From an uncultured Candidatus Saccharibacteria bacterium (GTDB lineage: Bacteria > Patescibacteriota > Minisyncoccia > CAIUEV01 > JAHKAQ01), in the NCBI GenBank assembly GCA_964598205.1, contig CAZRBB010000002.1:1-50458 (forward strand): a stretch of DNA of 50,458 nt, given 5' to 3'. Of this stretch, positions 22,179 through 31,782 are shown in pieces. The first letter of the stretch is position 1, and each line of letters starts with the position of its first letter. The translations under genes and the position numbers were made by a program. Below the pieces are notes generated by a model. It was given only the letters and a program-made list of their open reading frames with translations. It did no database searches and was not told the origin of the DNA.

Positions 22179-23668
22179 AAGTTTATTTTTTTTTGTTTTT
22201 TTAAAGCTTCTTTGATTTTAATTCGAGCATAACCGGTCTTAATAAAGGAAAGCCATTTGGGATCGGGGGTTGTTTTTCCTCTCTGAGTAATTATTTCTAC
22301 TACTTCTCCATTTTGAATGTTGTAGTCCAAAGAAACAGGCGATCCATCTACCCTAGCACCAATGGTGGCGTTACCAACTTCGGTGTGGATTTCGTAAGCA
22401 AAGTCAACGGGAGTGGCGCCTTCTGGCAGATCTTTAACATCGCCGGCTGGAGTAAAGGCAAAAATGCGATCGTTTAAGAAATCTATTTTTAGGCTTTGAA
22501 AAAATTCTTCGGAATTAGCACCAACTTCTTCTTGCCAGTTGCGCAACTGCTTGGTCCAGTTTAATTCCTTCTTTAGTGCTACTTCTCTTTCTTTTTGTTT
22601 TCCACGCTTTAAAATAATGTCTCTTAGGTTTTTTTTCTTAGAATAAAGCCAGTGGGCAGCAATTCCAAGCTCTGCTTCTTGGTGCATTTCTGGGGTCCGG
22701 ATTTGAATTTCTATAATTTCTCCTTCTGGGGTAAAAACGGTGGTGTGGAGTGAGCGGTAACCATTCGGCTTGGGCAGTGAGATATAATCCTTGATTCTTT
22801 TGATTAGTGGGCGGTAATGCTTATGGATAATTCCTAATGTTTCGTAACAGTGTTTAACTTCTGGCACTACTAGACGAACGGCTACTAAATCGTAGATTTC
22901 GTCTAGGTTCATATTGTGCCTTTTTAGCTTAAGGTAAAGTCGGTATAAGTGTTTGGCTCGGCCATGAATGTCTAAGATCTTTACTTTTTCTTTTTTTAAG
23001 ATTTTTTTTAAATCTTTGATTACTTTATCTACCAAAACGGTTCTTTTTTTGAATTTGTCTTTAGTCAGGCGATCCACCTCGTTGTACATTTTAGGATAAA
23101 CATATTGGAACGCCGAATCTTCTAAGAAGCCCTTAACTTCTCCGATTCCTAGTCGATTAGCAATGGGAGCGTAAATTTCTAGAGTCTCTTTAGAGATTCG
23201 ATACTGTTTTTCTGGTGGCAGAGCGTCTAGTGTTTCCATGTTGTGGCAACGGTCGGCCAGCTTAATAAGTACGGTGCGAATATCGGCAGCCATTGCTAAA
23301 AACATGCGTCGCAAGTTTTCTAGATAATATTCTTCTTTGTTTCCTCGGAGTTTTATTTTTCCTAATTTGGTGATTCCAGAAACAATAAAGGAGATTTCTG
23401 GTCCAAATTCTTGCCGAATATCTTTTAATGTTTTTTGAGTATCTTCGGGAACATCATGAAGCAGGCCACTGGCAATAGTTTTGGTTCCCAGTCCCATATT
23501 GACTAGGTTCTTGGCGGTAGCCAAAGGGTGCTCAATGTAGGGTTCTCCGCTTTTTCTTTTTTGACCACGATGGGCTTCTTCGGCAAAATAAAAGGCCTTC
23601 TTAATCAATTTTTCGTCAACTTGGATTTTTCCTTTGTGAATTAAGTCGAGTAAATCTTTAATGGTCAT
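22175..23668 (-). CDS. relA: RelA/SpoT (p)ppGpp synthetase/hydrolase (HD, synthetase, TGS; no C-terminal ACT)
   Basis: H.GQKRKSGEPYIEHP, LHDVPEDT, IKLADR.HN, PKPNGYRSLHT, EIQIRT, TPVDFAY.IHT. Confidence 0.93.
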   Translation of the reverse strand: MTIKDLLDLIHKGKIQVDEKLIKKAFYFAEEAHRGQKRKSGEPYIEHPLATAKNLVNMGLGTKTIASGLLHDVPEDTQKTLKDIRQEFGPEISFIVSGITKLGKIKLRGNKEEYYLENLRRMFLAMAADIRTVLIKLADRCHNMETLDALPPEKQYRISKETLEIYAPIANRLGIGEVKGFLEDSAFQYVYPKMYNEVDRLTKDKFKKRTVLVDKVIKDLKKILKKEKVKILDIHGRAKHLYRLYLKLKRHNMNLDEIYDLVAVRLVVPEVKHCYETLGIIHKHYRPLIKRIKDYISLPKPNGYRSLHTTVFTPEGEIIEIQIRTPEMHQEAELGIAAHWLYSKKKNLRDIILKRGKQKEREVALKKELNWTKQLRNWQEEVGANSEEFFQSLKIDFLNDRIFAFTPAGDVKDLPEGATPVDFAYEIHTEVGNATIGARVDGSPVSLDYNIQNGEVVEIITQRGKTTPDPKWLSFIKTGYARIKIKEALKKQKKINF

Positions 23669-23669
23669 T

Positions 23670-25628
23670 TTAGTGGGTTAATTTTTTTAGAGTAGCAATT
23701 TCATCTCTAATTAATACTGCCTTTTCAAATTCCAGATTTTCGGCGGCTTGTTTCATTTCTTTTTCTTTATCTTTTAAGTAAACCTCGGTGTCTGTAATTT
23801 CTGTTAAGCGGGAGAATTCTTGAATAGAGCTAAATTCCGGGGCCGTTTCTTTGGAGAATTCTTTTTCGATTTCTTTTTTGATTGTTTTGGGAGTGATATC
23901 GTGCTTCTTGTTGTATAGCAACTGAAGAGCCCTTCTTCTTTTGGTTTCTTGTTCGGCAAAAAGCATGGATCGGGTTCTTTTTTCTCCGTAGAGGATTACG
24001 CGGCCGTTAATGTTTCTAGCGGCGCGACCAATAGTCTGGATGAGTGAAGTTTCGTTTCGTAAGAAACCTTCTTTATCTGCATCTAGAATAGCAATCAAGG
24101 AAACTTCGGGCAAATCAAGTCCTTCTCGTAAAAGATTAACGCCGACTAGCACTCGGTATGTTCCTTTTCTTAAATCTCTTAGCACACGCACTCTTTCTAG
24201 AGTTTTGATTTCTGAATGTAAGTAGCAAGCTTTTATTTTTTGTTCTTTAAGATAGCCAGATAAGTCTTCGGCCATTTTTTTAGTAAGAGTAGTCACCAAT
24301 ACTCTTTCTTCTTGGGGTACTTTCTTGATTTCTAAAAGAAGGTCTTTGATTTGAGTAGAACTTTTTCTAACTTCTAGGGCAGGATCGATTAATCCGGTAG
24401 GGCGAATAATTTGCTCAGCAATTACTTGGGATTTTTCTCTTTCCCAAACGGCTGGGGTGGCAGAAACAAAAACTATTTGTTGATTCTTTTTTAAAAACTC
24501 CTTGAATTCCAATGGGCGATTGTCTAGTGCCGATGGAAGGCGGAAGCCATACTTGATTAAGTTTTTTTTGCGCGAACGGTCTCCTCCTAGCATTCCTCTT
24601 AGTTGAGGAAGGGTAACATGCGATTCGTCTATAAAAGTAATAAAGTTTTTAGGAAAGTAGTCTAGGAGGGTATAGGGTGGTTCACCGGCTTTTCGGCCTG
24701 TTAGGAAGCGGGAATAGTTTTCTATACCGCCGGTGTAGCCGACTTCTCTTAGCATGGCTAAATCAGAAAGGACTCGTCGTTCTAACCTTTCGGCTTCTAG
24801 GTAAAGTTTTTTGCCCAAGAACCAGCGCCGTCGTTGGGCCATTTCGTTCTGGATCAGTGGAAGAGCAACTTCTAGGTCGTTGGGTGATACAACAAAATGC
24901 CGAGTCGGAAAAATTGTGGCTTCTTTAACTTCTTTTTCGTCGCTTCTTTCTAGGGAAGAAAAAAAGCGGATTTTTGAAAGTTTTTTACCCAAAAAATCTA
25001 AGCGGTAAAAATCATCGCCAAAGGGAGCGGCTACTTCTAGACTGCCACCACGAGCTCTGAAAGAACCTGGAGGCAAATCTTCTTTCCTTTCATAACCAAT
25101 GTCTACTAATTTCTCCTTTAGTTCATCGGCGGATAAGTTTTGATCTTGGGAAAGGCGAATTAAATAAGTGGCGTAGTTTTGAGGATTGCCCAAGCCGTAA
25201 ATACAGGAAACCGAAGCGACCACAATAGTGTCTGGTCGGGTTAAGAGCGAAGCGGTGGTAGCGCTTCTCATTTTTTCTATCTCTTTATTAATAGAGGCAT
25301 CTTTTTCAATGTAAGTATCGGAAGAGGGAAGATAGGCTTCTGGCTGGTAATAATCATAATAACTTACAAAATATTCCACCTTATTTTCTGGAAAAAATTC
25401 TCGGAGTTCTTGGGCCAACTGAGCAGCGAGTGTTTTGTTGTGGGCAACCACCAGGGCGGGGCGGTTTAGCTTGGCAATAATATTGGCCATGGTAAAAGTT
25501 TTACCAGAACCAGTAACGCCTAAAAGAGTTTGGAAGCGGTTACCTTTTTTTAGGGAAGCAGTTAGCTTTTTGATTGCTTGAGGTTGGCCACCCGCCGGCT
25601 TAAATTTTGAACGGAGAATAAAATCCAT
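23670..25628 (-). CDS. uvrB: Excinuclease ABC subunit B
   Basis: LLGVTGSGKTFT, YFVSYYDYYQPEAY, IDESH, GFRLPSALDNRPL, LLREGLD, QTIGRAARN, C-terminal UVR domain. Confidence 0.97.
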   Translation of the reverse strand: MDFILRSKFKPAGGQPQAIKKLTASLKKGNRFQTLLGVTGSGKTFTMANIIAKLNRPALVVAHNKTLAAQLAQELREFFPENKVEYFVSYYDYYQPEAYLPSSDTYIEKDASINKEIEKMRSATTASLLTRPDTIVVASVSCIYGLGNPQNYATYLIRLSQDQNLSADELKEKLVDIGYERKEDLPPGSFRARGGSLEVAAPFGDDFYRLDFLGKKLSKIRFFSSLERSDEKEVKEATIFPTRHFVVSPNDLEVALPLIQNEMAQRRRWFLGKKLYLEAERLERRVLSDLAMLREVGYTGGIENYSRFLTGRKAGEPPYTLLDYFPKNFITFIDESHVTLPQLRGMLGGDRSRKKNLIKYGFRLPSALDNRPLEFKEFLKKNQQIVFVSATPAVWEREKSQVIAEQIIRPTGLIDPALEVRKSSTQIKDLLLEIKKVPQEERVLVTTLTKKMAEDLSGYLKEQKIKACYLHSEIKTLERVRVLRDLRKGTYRVLVGVNLLREGLDLPEVSLIAILDADKEGFLRNETSLIQTIGRAARNINGRVILYGEKRTRSMLFAEQETKRRRALQLLYNKKHDITPKTIKKEIEKEFSKETAPEFSSIQEFSRLTEITDTEVYLKDKEKEMKQAAENLEFEKAVLIRDEIATLKKLTH

Positions 25629-25778
25629 TTATTTGATTACGAATAGTGATTACACGAACCAGTTAGGAACTAATTGTTATCTAGTTTCCTAAGCATATTA
25701 CAAGAGAAGATAATGTCCAATCAATTTAAGGCTTATGCGTTTAACGCATTTATTTAGGTGCGTGTTAGGTGTTTTGGC

Positions 25779-25807
25779 TTGACAATTATTCTAAACTGTT
25801 GTAGTGT
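25779..25807 (+). promoter_or_regulatory. Putative sigma70 promoter
   Basis: TTGACA (25779-25784), 17-bp spacer, TAGTGT. Confidence 0.45.
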
Positions 25808-25843
25808 ATTCGGTTCGGCATAAATTAAGTAAGAATTCTTTTT

Positions 25844-26458
25844 ATGAGCAACGGGAAAGAAATTAATCTTAGGACACTTCTTAATAATTGGAAGAAGCTT
25901 GTAATTATGACTGCGGTTTTTTCCGTTGGTGCGTTTTTTGCTAGCTTAGCGGTTAATCCGGAATATGGTAGCGAAACGCAAATTTTAATTTTGCAAAAAA
26001 ATATTGATATCGATGCTTACAGGGCTACTAAGTCTTCTGAATTCGCTGGTGAGATTTTAAAGCAGGTAATTACTTCTTCTGACTTTATGACGGGTGTTCT
26101 GGGGAAGGTTGGTGAAAATAATTCTAAATATGGTGGGACCCAAGAAGATCAAATGGGAAATTGGAATAAAGCAGTGAGGGTATCTACTTTAGGTAGTACG
26201 GGAATTATTAAAATTGAAACTTCTGATCAAAGCAGAGAAGAAGATAAGAAAATAACAGAGGCGATTGTGGATGAGCTTTTGAATAATGGCTTTAGTTATC
26301 ATGGCAATGAAAACATTGTGTTAAAAAAGATTAACGGTCCTATTTACTTGAATGACCCAATTTTTCCTGTTATTTGGCTTAATGTAGCCGTGGCAACAAT
26401 TGGGGGTATGTTTTTTTCAATTGGTGTGATTTTTATTCTCCAGTTGAAAAAAACGTAA
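25844..26458 (+). CDS. Wzz/CapA-like polysaccharide chain-length protein
   Basis: Two TM segments, P.Y.S...IL after TM1 and P..P..WLN before TM2. Confidence 0.7.
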   Translation: MSNGKEINLRTLLNNWKKLVIMTAVFSVGAFFASLAVNPEYGSETQILILQKNIDIDAYRATKSSEFAGEILKQVITSSDFMTGVLGKVGENNSKYGGTQEDQMGNWNKAVRVSTLGSTGIIKIETSDQSREEDKKITEAIVDELLNNGFSYHGNENIVLKKINGPIYLNDPIFPVIWLNVAVATIGGMFFSIGVIFILQLKKT

Positions 26459-26569
26459 AGGCTTTTTAACAATCAATCCTTGGGCGGGCATGTTGTTCGT
26501 TCGGGGCCGTGGTAGTAAAAACTTTTTTCACAAAAGCTCATAAAATGAGCAAAACAGCAAGGAGGTTTT

Positions 26570-27076
26570 ATGAAAAGTTTATTCAGTATTTTGGCAATTA
26601 TCGGCGTCGCTTTTTTATCCAGTTGCGCGACTGGTTCCGGCAACGATCCAACGGATGGTGCAACCGCCACCATCAATCAAACCAGTGGAAAAGGAAAACA
26701 GCTTCTTTTACCGTTTCCTCTTAAAGGTGCAACCGCCACCATCAATCAAACCAGCGGAAAAGGTGGAAGCGGCTGTAACCAATGGGATCCGAGCCGTCCT
26801 ACCGATCCGCCAAAAGGTCAAATGACCCCCAGGAAAAGCATCGGTTGGAGTGGCTCCTGGGAAGTCCTGATCTGGCTGGTAGAAGGAAAGGTCCGCGGCG
26901 CCCAAATCCATGAAGGGAAGAACGGGACCGCTTACAAAATTTTCTTCCCAACGGAGAAGGAAGCCCGGGATTTTTTAAAAAACCCCGCCGAATTGCCAAG
27001 GATCGAGGCCGAGATCGAAAAGTGCCCCTGGTCTGAACCCAGTATAGGCAAGCGGCAAAAGTGGCTCGATTTTTGA
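26570..27076 (+). CDS. Hypothetical lipoprotein with an internal duplication
   Basis: AGGAGG RBS, lipobox LSSC, GATATINQTSGKG present twice. Confidence 0.75.
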   Translation: MKSLFSILAIIGVAFLSSCATGSGNDPTDGATATINQTSGKGKQLLLPFPLKGATATINQTSGKGGSGCNQWDPSRPTDPPKGQMTPRKSIGWSGSWEVLIWLVEGKVRGAQIHEGKNGTAYKIFFPTEKEARDFLKNPAELPRIEAEIEKCPWSEPSIGKRQKWLDF

Positions 27077-27157
27077 TCGACCAAAACAAGAACCGCGGCA
27101 GGGGAAATTCCAACATTTAAACTGCCAGGGGAGCTCTAACAATTCCCCCCAACAATC

Positions 27158-27201
27158 AAAAAAGCCCCGATTCTCAACATAAGAGGATCCGGGCTTTTTT
27201 C
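27158..27201. terminator. Bidirectional intrinsic terminator
   Basis: AAAAAAGCCCCGA...TCCGGGCTTTTTT between convergent genes. Confidence 0.65.
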
Positions 27202-27205
27202 AAAA

Positions 27206-28657
27206 CTAGCAGTTATTTTTTTTATTATTAACCAATCCCAACCAACTTCCTAAAAGAATCCAAGCATAAACCTGGTAAATAAAATCTAAGGCAGGCGTTT
27301 CGGCAAAGGAATAGGGGAGCATTACCAAAAAAAGCAAGAAAGGAATAAAGCCCAGAAATTTAAAATCAACAGTCAGTTCTTTTTTGGCAAATAATATTTT
27401 TTCTGATCCTTTGGGATATTTGTAATAACTAATAAAAGCGGAATAGAGGGCAAAAAATAGATAGATCAAATAAGAAATTAAGCCAATAATTCCTCCTTCT
27501 AAAAGAAAAAGCGCCGCGTCGCTATGGGGATAGAAATTACCAACATCTGTGCCACTAACAACTTTAATAACTTCTCTAAAAGATCCTGGTCCATAACCAA
27601 ACCAATAATTTTTTTTGAATCCAAACCAAGCCATGTCCCAAGTTTCCATTCTGCCGGAAAGAGTGTCGTGGTATTGGCGGACAAAAATTCCTAAAATTCT
27701 TTCCCGGATTTTTTGGACAAAAAGAGAGAGAAAGATTAAAAGCGATCCTAAATAGATGGTGGGGAGACGAAATTCTTTTTTTAAAAAAATCACCACACAA
27801 ATAATAAAAGCAAAAACAATCCAAGAGGTGCGAGAAAAGGTTAAGAGAAGAAATAGTCCAAGAACAAGAAATGGTAGTAGCTTTAAAAGGGGGTACTTAC
27901 TTTTTTTGTTATTTTTAATAGACAGGTAGCTGATTAAATAGATACCCAAAATAACAAAAAGATAGGAAGCAAATTTATTAGGATGATCAAAGACTGTTGT
28001 TAGTCTTGGAAGAGTTGTGTCTTCGGACATAAAGAAATCTCTTGTAGCGATTTGTTTTAATCCGACTAAGATGGGAATAACAGTGGAAAAAAGGATAGCA
28101 AAAATAATTTTAAGATAACCTCGTTTAGTATTAAAAATAAAGTAGCCAAGAAAATAAGAACCAAAAGCAGAAACAAGAAAAAACCAATAATAAGCTAAGC
28201 CGTAAATTTTAAATTCCGAAAAAAGAAAAGAGGGGATATTAAGAATAACAGAAAAGGCCAGTGCAAAAAAAAGAGGAGTTTTAAAAACAGCAAAGCCTTT
28301 TTTAATTATTTCCACACCAGCAATAAAGAAAATAAAAATGCGGGAGAGAAGAAAAAAATCAATCTGATAATTTTGCTGATAAGCTTTTTCTATCCCAATA
28401 ATTTGCAAGAAAGGGGAAATGCTAATTTGGTGGCTTTCTAAGCCACCTAGGGCAGGGAGTAAGATTATTATGGCAAGAGCAACCCATTCAATCTTTAAGA
28501 AGCAAGCTCCCAAAAGGGAAAGAAAAACCAAACTACCAAAAACAAAGCTCAAAGAAATAAGGCTAGGATAAAAAAAGGCAACCAAAAATAGGGCCAAAGA
28601 AAAAATCAGGAGAAAAAAAAGATAGATGATGGATTGATGGTTATTTTTGTTCGGCAT
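27206..28657 (-). CDS. O-antigen ligase / Wzy-family polymerase
   Basis: Multi-TM; RL...F.HPN.FA.YL, LT.SR..W, R...W, GYGPGSF, PHS. Confidence 0.85.
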   Translation of the reverse strand: MPNKNNHQSIIYLFFLLIFSLALFLVAFFYPSLISLSFVFGSLVFLSLLGACFLKIEWVALAIIILLPALGGLESHQISISPFLQIIGIEKAYQQNYQIDFFLLSRIFIFFIAGVEIIKKGFAVFKTPLFFALAFSVILNIPSFLFSEFKIYGLAYYWFFLVSAFGSYFLGYFIFNTKRGYLKIIFAILFSTVIPILVGLKQIATRDFFMSEDTTLPRLTTVFDHPNKFASYLFVILGIYLISYLSIKNNKKSKYPLLKLLPFLVLGLFLLLTFSRTSWIVFAFIICVVIFLKKEFRLPTIYLGSLLIFLSLFVQKIRERILGIFVRQYHDTLSGRMETWDMAWFGFKKNYWFGYGPGSFREVIKVVSGTDVGNFYPHSDAALFLLEGGIIGLISYLIYLFFALYSAFISYYKYPKGSEKILFAKKELTVDFKFLGFIPFLLFLVMLPYSFAETPALDFIYQVYAWILLGSWLGLVNNKKNNC

Positions 28658-28769
28658 TATATTCTAAAAGACAGATACATTTTTAAATAATTTAACTTAC
28701 AAAAATTATATCATTCTTTTGGTAATTCGTAATTTTAATTCTTATTTTTAGTTTTGAATCTTGATTTGT

Positions 28770-28822
28770 AGTTTTTCAGAAATGATGCTCTTCTCGGAGT
28801 TCGTTCGGCCTCGACCGGGCCT
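28770..28822 (+). repeat. Truncated copy C of the GC-rich core element
   Basis: AGTTTTTCAGAAATGATGCTCTTCTCGGAGTTCGTTCGGCCTCGACCGGGCCT closely resembles the reverse complement of 20318-20370. Confidence 0.8.
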
Positions 28823-28845
28823 GTAAGTAATTACGAATTACGAAT

Positions 28846-29044
28846 GAACAGTTATCTTTTAGAAACAGTTTGTTTTTATTCGGGGGAGTATATTGGAAAA
28901 ATTGCTCGGTTCCGGAATTTATAATTTTTTCTCTAAATTCCGGAATTTTTTCCAATATTCTAGAGAGATTTTTCGCAGGAAAAAATCGAGCGTCCCCTGA
29001 ATAAAAAGAAACTGTTTCTAAAAAATAAAAGAATAAAACTGTTC
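28846..29044. other. Multi-branched nested inverted-repeat structure
   Basis: TTTTAGAAACAGTTT.TTTTTATTC.GGGG pairs with CCCCTGAATAAAAAGAAACTGTTTCTAAAA; inner TATTGGAAAAA/TTTTTCCAATA and TTCCGGAATTTA/TAAATTCCGGAA. Confidence 0.75.
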
Positions 29045-29139
29045 AAAGATTAATTCGTAATTTTACAATTTGTAATTGTTCAAAACCCTGGCTTTATCAG
29101 TAATAATTAACTAAAATGATTGATAGTTAAAGCAAGGGC

Positions 29140-30204
29140 ATGGAAGAAGGAACCAAAAATACAATGTTAAAAATGAAGCGGGAAGTTGACCGCCGGTTAG
29201 AATTGTTTTTAAAAAAGGAAGTAAAAAAGGCTAAGCGAATTGATAAAAGCTTTACAGAGGCCACCAAGATGGTGGCTGATTTTACATTAAGAGGAGGCAA
29301 GAGAGTGCGTGCCGGGCTAATGTACTACGGCTATTTAGCTGCTGGTGGTTCCCGCAAGGAAGCAATTTGGGACGCTTCTTTGAGTATGGAGTTGGGGCAC
29401 AGTTTTCTTTTGATTCATGACGACATAATAGATAACGATAATTTTCGGCGAGGCAAACCGACATTGCACAAGGAATATGCCAAACTTTTTTGGAAATTGG
29501 GGATTAAAGATCCGGAAAAAGTTGGTCAATCATTGGCCATTACTTGTGGTGATATTGCCTATACCCTAGCCAATAAAATTCTTTGCCAAAGTTCTTTTCC
29601 TAGTAGTCGGAAAGTAAAAGCGATTACTCGATTTCAGAAAATGATCAACGACACTATTGCCGGAGAAATTATGGATATTACCGCACAGATTAAAAAAGGA
29701 ATTTCCGTTAAAAAAATCTTAAAAATTTATAAATATAAAACGGCTCGCTATACTATAGAAGGACCTTTGATTATTGGGGCAATTTTGGCCGGAGCGGGTC
29801 CGGAAATTAAAAAAGCGTTAGCCAATTACGCTGTTCTTTTGGGAGTTTCTTTTCAAATACACGATGATTTAAAGGGAATTTTTGGAAGTCCCAAGGAATT
29901 GGGTAAAGACTTGGGTTCGGACCTAAGAGAAGGTAAGAAAACCCTTTTAACGCAAAAAACTTATTGCTTGGCTTCGAATGAGCAAAGAGAACTCTTGAAA
30001 AGTTTTTTAGGAAAAGGAAAGATTACAAAAAAAGAAATCAAGGCTTTTCAAAAAATAACTCAAGATTGTGGAAGCTTGGAATATTGTCAGAGTATAGTTC
30101 ATAATCTTTCTCTAAAGGCTAAGGAAATAATTTTGAACTCTCCTATTAAAGGAGAAGCAAGAGATTTTTTCTTGGAAAGCGCTGATTATATAACCAAAGC
30201 ATAA
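29140..30204 (+). CDS. Trans-polyprenyl diphosphate synthase (FPP/GGPP synthase family)
   Basis: GGKRVR, FARM LIHDDIID..RRGKP, KTA, SARM FQIHDD, SDLREGKKT. Confidence 0.92.
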   Translation: MEEGTKNTMLKMKREVDRRLELFLKKEVKKAKRIDKSFTEATKMVADFTLRGGKRVRAGLMYYGYLAAGGSRKEAIWDASLSMELGHSFLLIHDDIIDNDNFRRGKPTLHKEYAKLFWKLGIKDPEKVGQSLAITCGDIAYTLANKILCQSSFPSSRKVKAITRFQKMINDTIAGEIMDITAQIKKGISVKKILKIYKYKTARYTIEGPLIIGAILAGAGPEIKKALANYAVLLGVSFQIHDDLKGIFGSPKELGKDLGSDLREGKKTLLTQKTYCLASNEQRELLKSFLGKGKITKKEIKAFQKITQDCGSLEYCQSIVHNLSLKAKEIILNSPIKGEARDFFLESADYITKA

Positions 30205-31055
30205 TGAAGGTCTTAAAATCTTTAGAAAATGGTTTTTGCTTTGGGGTAACCAGAGCTTATAAAATAGCTTTAGAAAGCCTTGAGTCTTCACCCCTACCAG
30301 TAGCTGTGTTAGGCAAGCTGGCGCACAACAGGCATTTGATTGCCGAGCTAAAAGAAAAAGGAATTAAAGGAATTAAAAGAGAGAAAGATGTTTTAGGAGG
30401 AACATTGATTATTCCTAGCCATGGCGTTCCCCCAGAAGTTATTCAAAAACTAGCGGCGCGGAAAATAAATGTGAAGAACGCTACCTGCCCTAAAGTTTAT
30501 AGGGTTATTAATCGAGCTTTTTGGTTAAAAAAGAATGGATGGCAAGTTTTTATTTTTGGAGATCGTCGGCATTCAGAGGTTTTAGCAATCAATGCAGCGA
30601 TTAAAAAAAAGGGGTTGGTTTTTTCTAGCGTCAAAGAACTAAAGGAATTGTTAAAAAAATCTTCTAACTTTTCTAAAATTGCTTTTATTTCTCAAACCAC
30701 TCAGAATTTAGAAAAATACCAAAAGATAGAAAAAATTGGCCGAGAGTTTTCTAGGAAACAAAGGATTCCTTTTTCTTTTTGGAACACAATTTGTTCGGCT
30801 ACGCAGAAACGACAAAAAGCGGCTGTGATTATTGCCAAGAAGGCTGATCTAATGTTGATTGTTGGATCTCCGGAAAGTGCTAACTCAAAAAGGCTTTATC
30901 AGATTGTGAAAAAAATAAATCCTCAAAGTTATTTTATTGACAGAAAAGAGGAAATAGAGAAAAAATGGTTTCATAATGTAAAAACGGTAGGTATTGTTAC
31001 AGGTGCTTCTACTCCAGGAGAAGTGGCTTCCGAAATTGAAAATTTTATCTTATGA
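30204..31055 (+). CDS. ispH: HMBPP reductase
   Basis: GFCFGV.RA, HN, SHG, ATCPKV, H.EV, SQTT, NTICSAT..RQ, SANS, GASTP. Confidence 0.95.
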   Translation: MKVLKSLENGFCFGVTRAYKIALESLESSPLPVAVLGKLAHNRHLIAELKEKGIKGIKREKDVLGGTLIIPSHGVPPEVIQKLAARKINVKNATCPKVYRVINRAFWLKKNGWQVFIFGDRRHSEVLAINAAIKKKGLVFSSVKELKELLKKSSNFSKIAFISQTTQNLEKYQKIEKIGREFSRKQRIPFSFWNTICSATQKRQKAAVIIAKKADLMLIVGSPESANSKRLYQIVKKINPQSYFIDRKEEIEKKWFHNVKTVGIVTGASTPGEVASEIENFIL

Positions 31056-31774
31056 ATTTGGTAATTATTGGAGCGGCCGGCTCTGGCAAACGGCTAGGGG
31101 AAAATCGGCCCAAGGCGCTGGTAGAATTAGCCAGAAAGCCTATTTTTATTCATTCTTTAGAGATTTTTGATTTTCCGTTAATTGACGGGATTGTTTTAGT
31201 GGTGCCTTGCAACGCTCAAAAAGATTTTTCTTTATTAATAAAAAAATTTACTTTTCCTAGTTTACGGCAAAAAATTTTGGCGGTAGTTCCTGGTGGCAGA
31301 GAAAGACAGGATTCGGTTTTTGGAGCGCTTAATTATTTAGATAAAAATAATTTTTCTAAAAAAGATTTAGTTTTAGTGCATAATGCTGCTAATATTTTTA
31401 CTAAGAGATTAGAAATTAAAAAGCTTTTAGCAGTGTTAAAAGATGGGAAAACCAAGGGAGTGGCTTTAGCAATGCCTTCTTGCGATACGCTCAGGGAGCT
31501 TGATTCGGCAATGATTCCCAAGAAGACGCTAGCAAGAGAGGCTGTTTGGCGAATGCAAACACCACAAGGAGCCAGGCTTGGAGATTTGCTTTTAGCATTT
31601 GAGAGCGCAAAAAAAGAAGGTTATCTTGGAACCGATGAACTAGAGCTTTTAATTAGGGCTGGATTTCCTACCAAGATTATTAAAAGTAATTCCTTGAATT
31701 TTAAAATTACCTTTCCAGAAGATTTAAAATTAGCCCAAGCCATTCTTGATTCCGGAATTTTCTCTTATTGTTAA
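31052..31774 (+). CDS. ispD: MEP cytidylyltransferase
   Basis: AAGSGKRL...PK, GG.ERQDSV, QTPQ, TDE, N.KIT.PEDL; usual HDAARP reads HNAANI. Confidence 0.85.
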   Translation: MNLVIIGAAGSGKRLGENRPKALVELARKPIFIHSLEIFDFPLIDGIVLVVPCNAQKDFSLLIKKFTFPSLRQKILAVVPGGRERQDSVFGALNYLDKNNFSKKDLVLVHNAANIFTKRLEIKKLLAVLKDGKTKGVALAMPSCDTLRELDSAMIPKKTLAREAVWRMQTPQGARLGDLLLAFESAKKEGYLGTDELELLIRAGFPTKIIKSNSLNFKITFPEDLKLAQAILDSGIFSYC

Positions 31775-31782
31775 AAATATCA

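Noticed and set aside
25650..25750. LexA box upstream of uvrB; palindrome ATGCGTTTAACGCAT
   Set aside because: CGAACCAGTTAG does not fit GAAC-N4-GTTC spacing; the single short palindrome has no supporting second copy.
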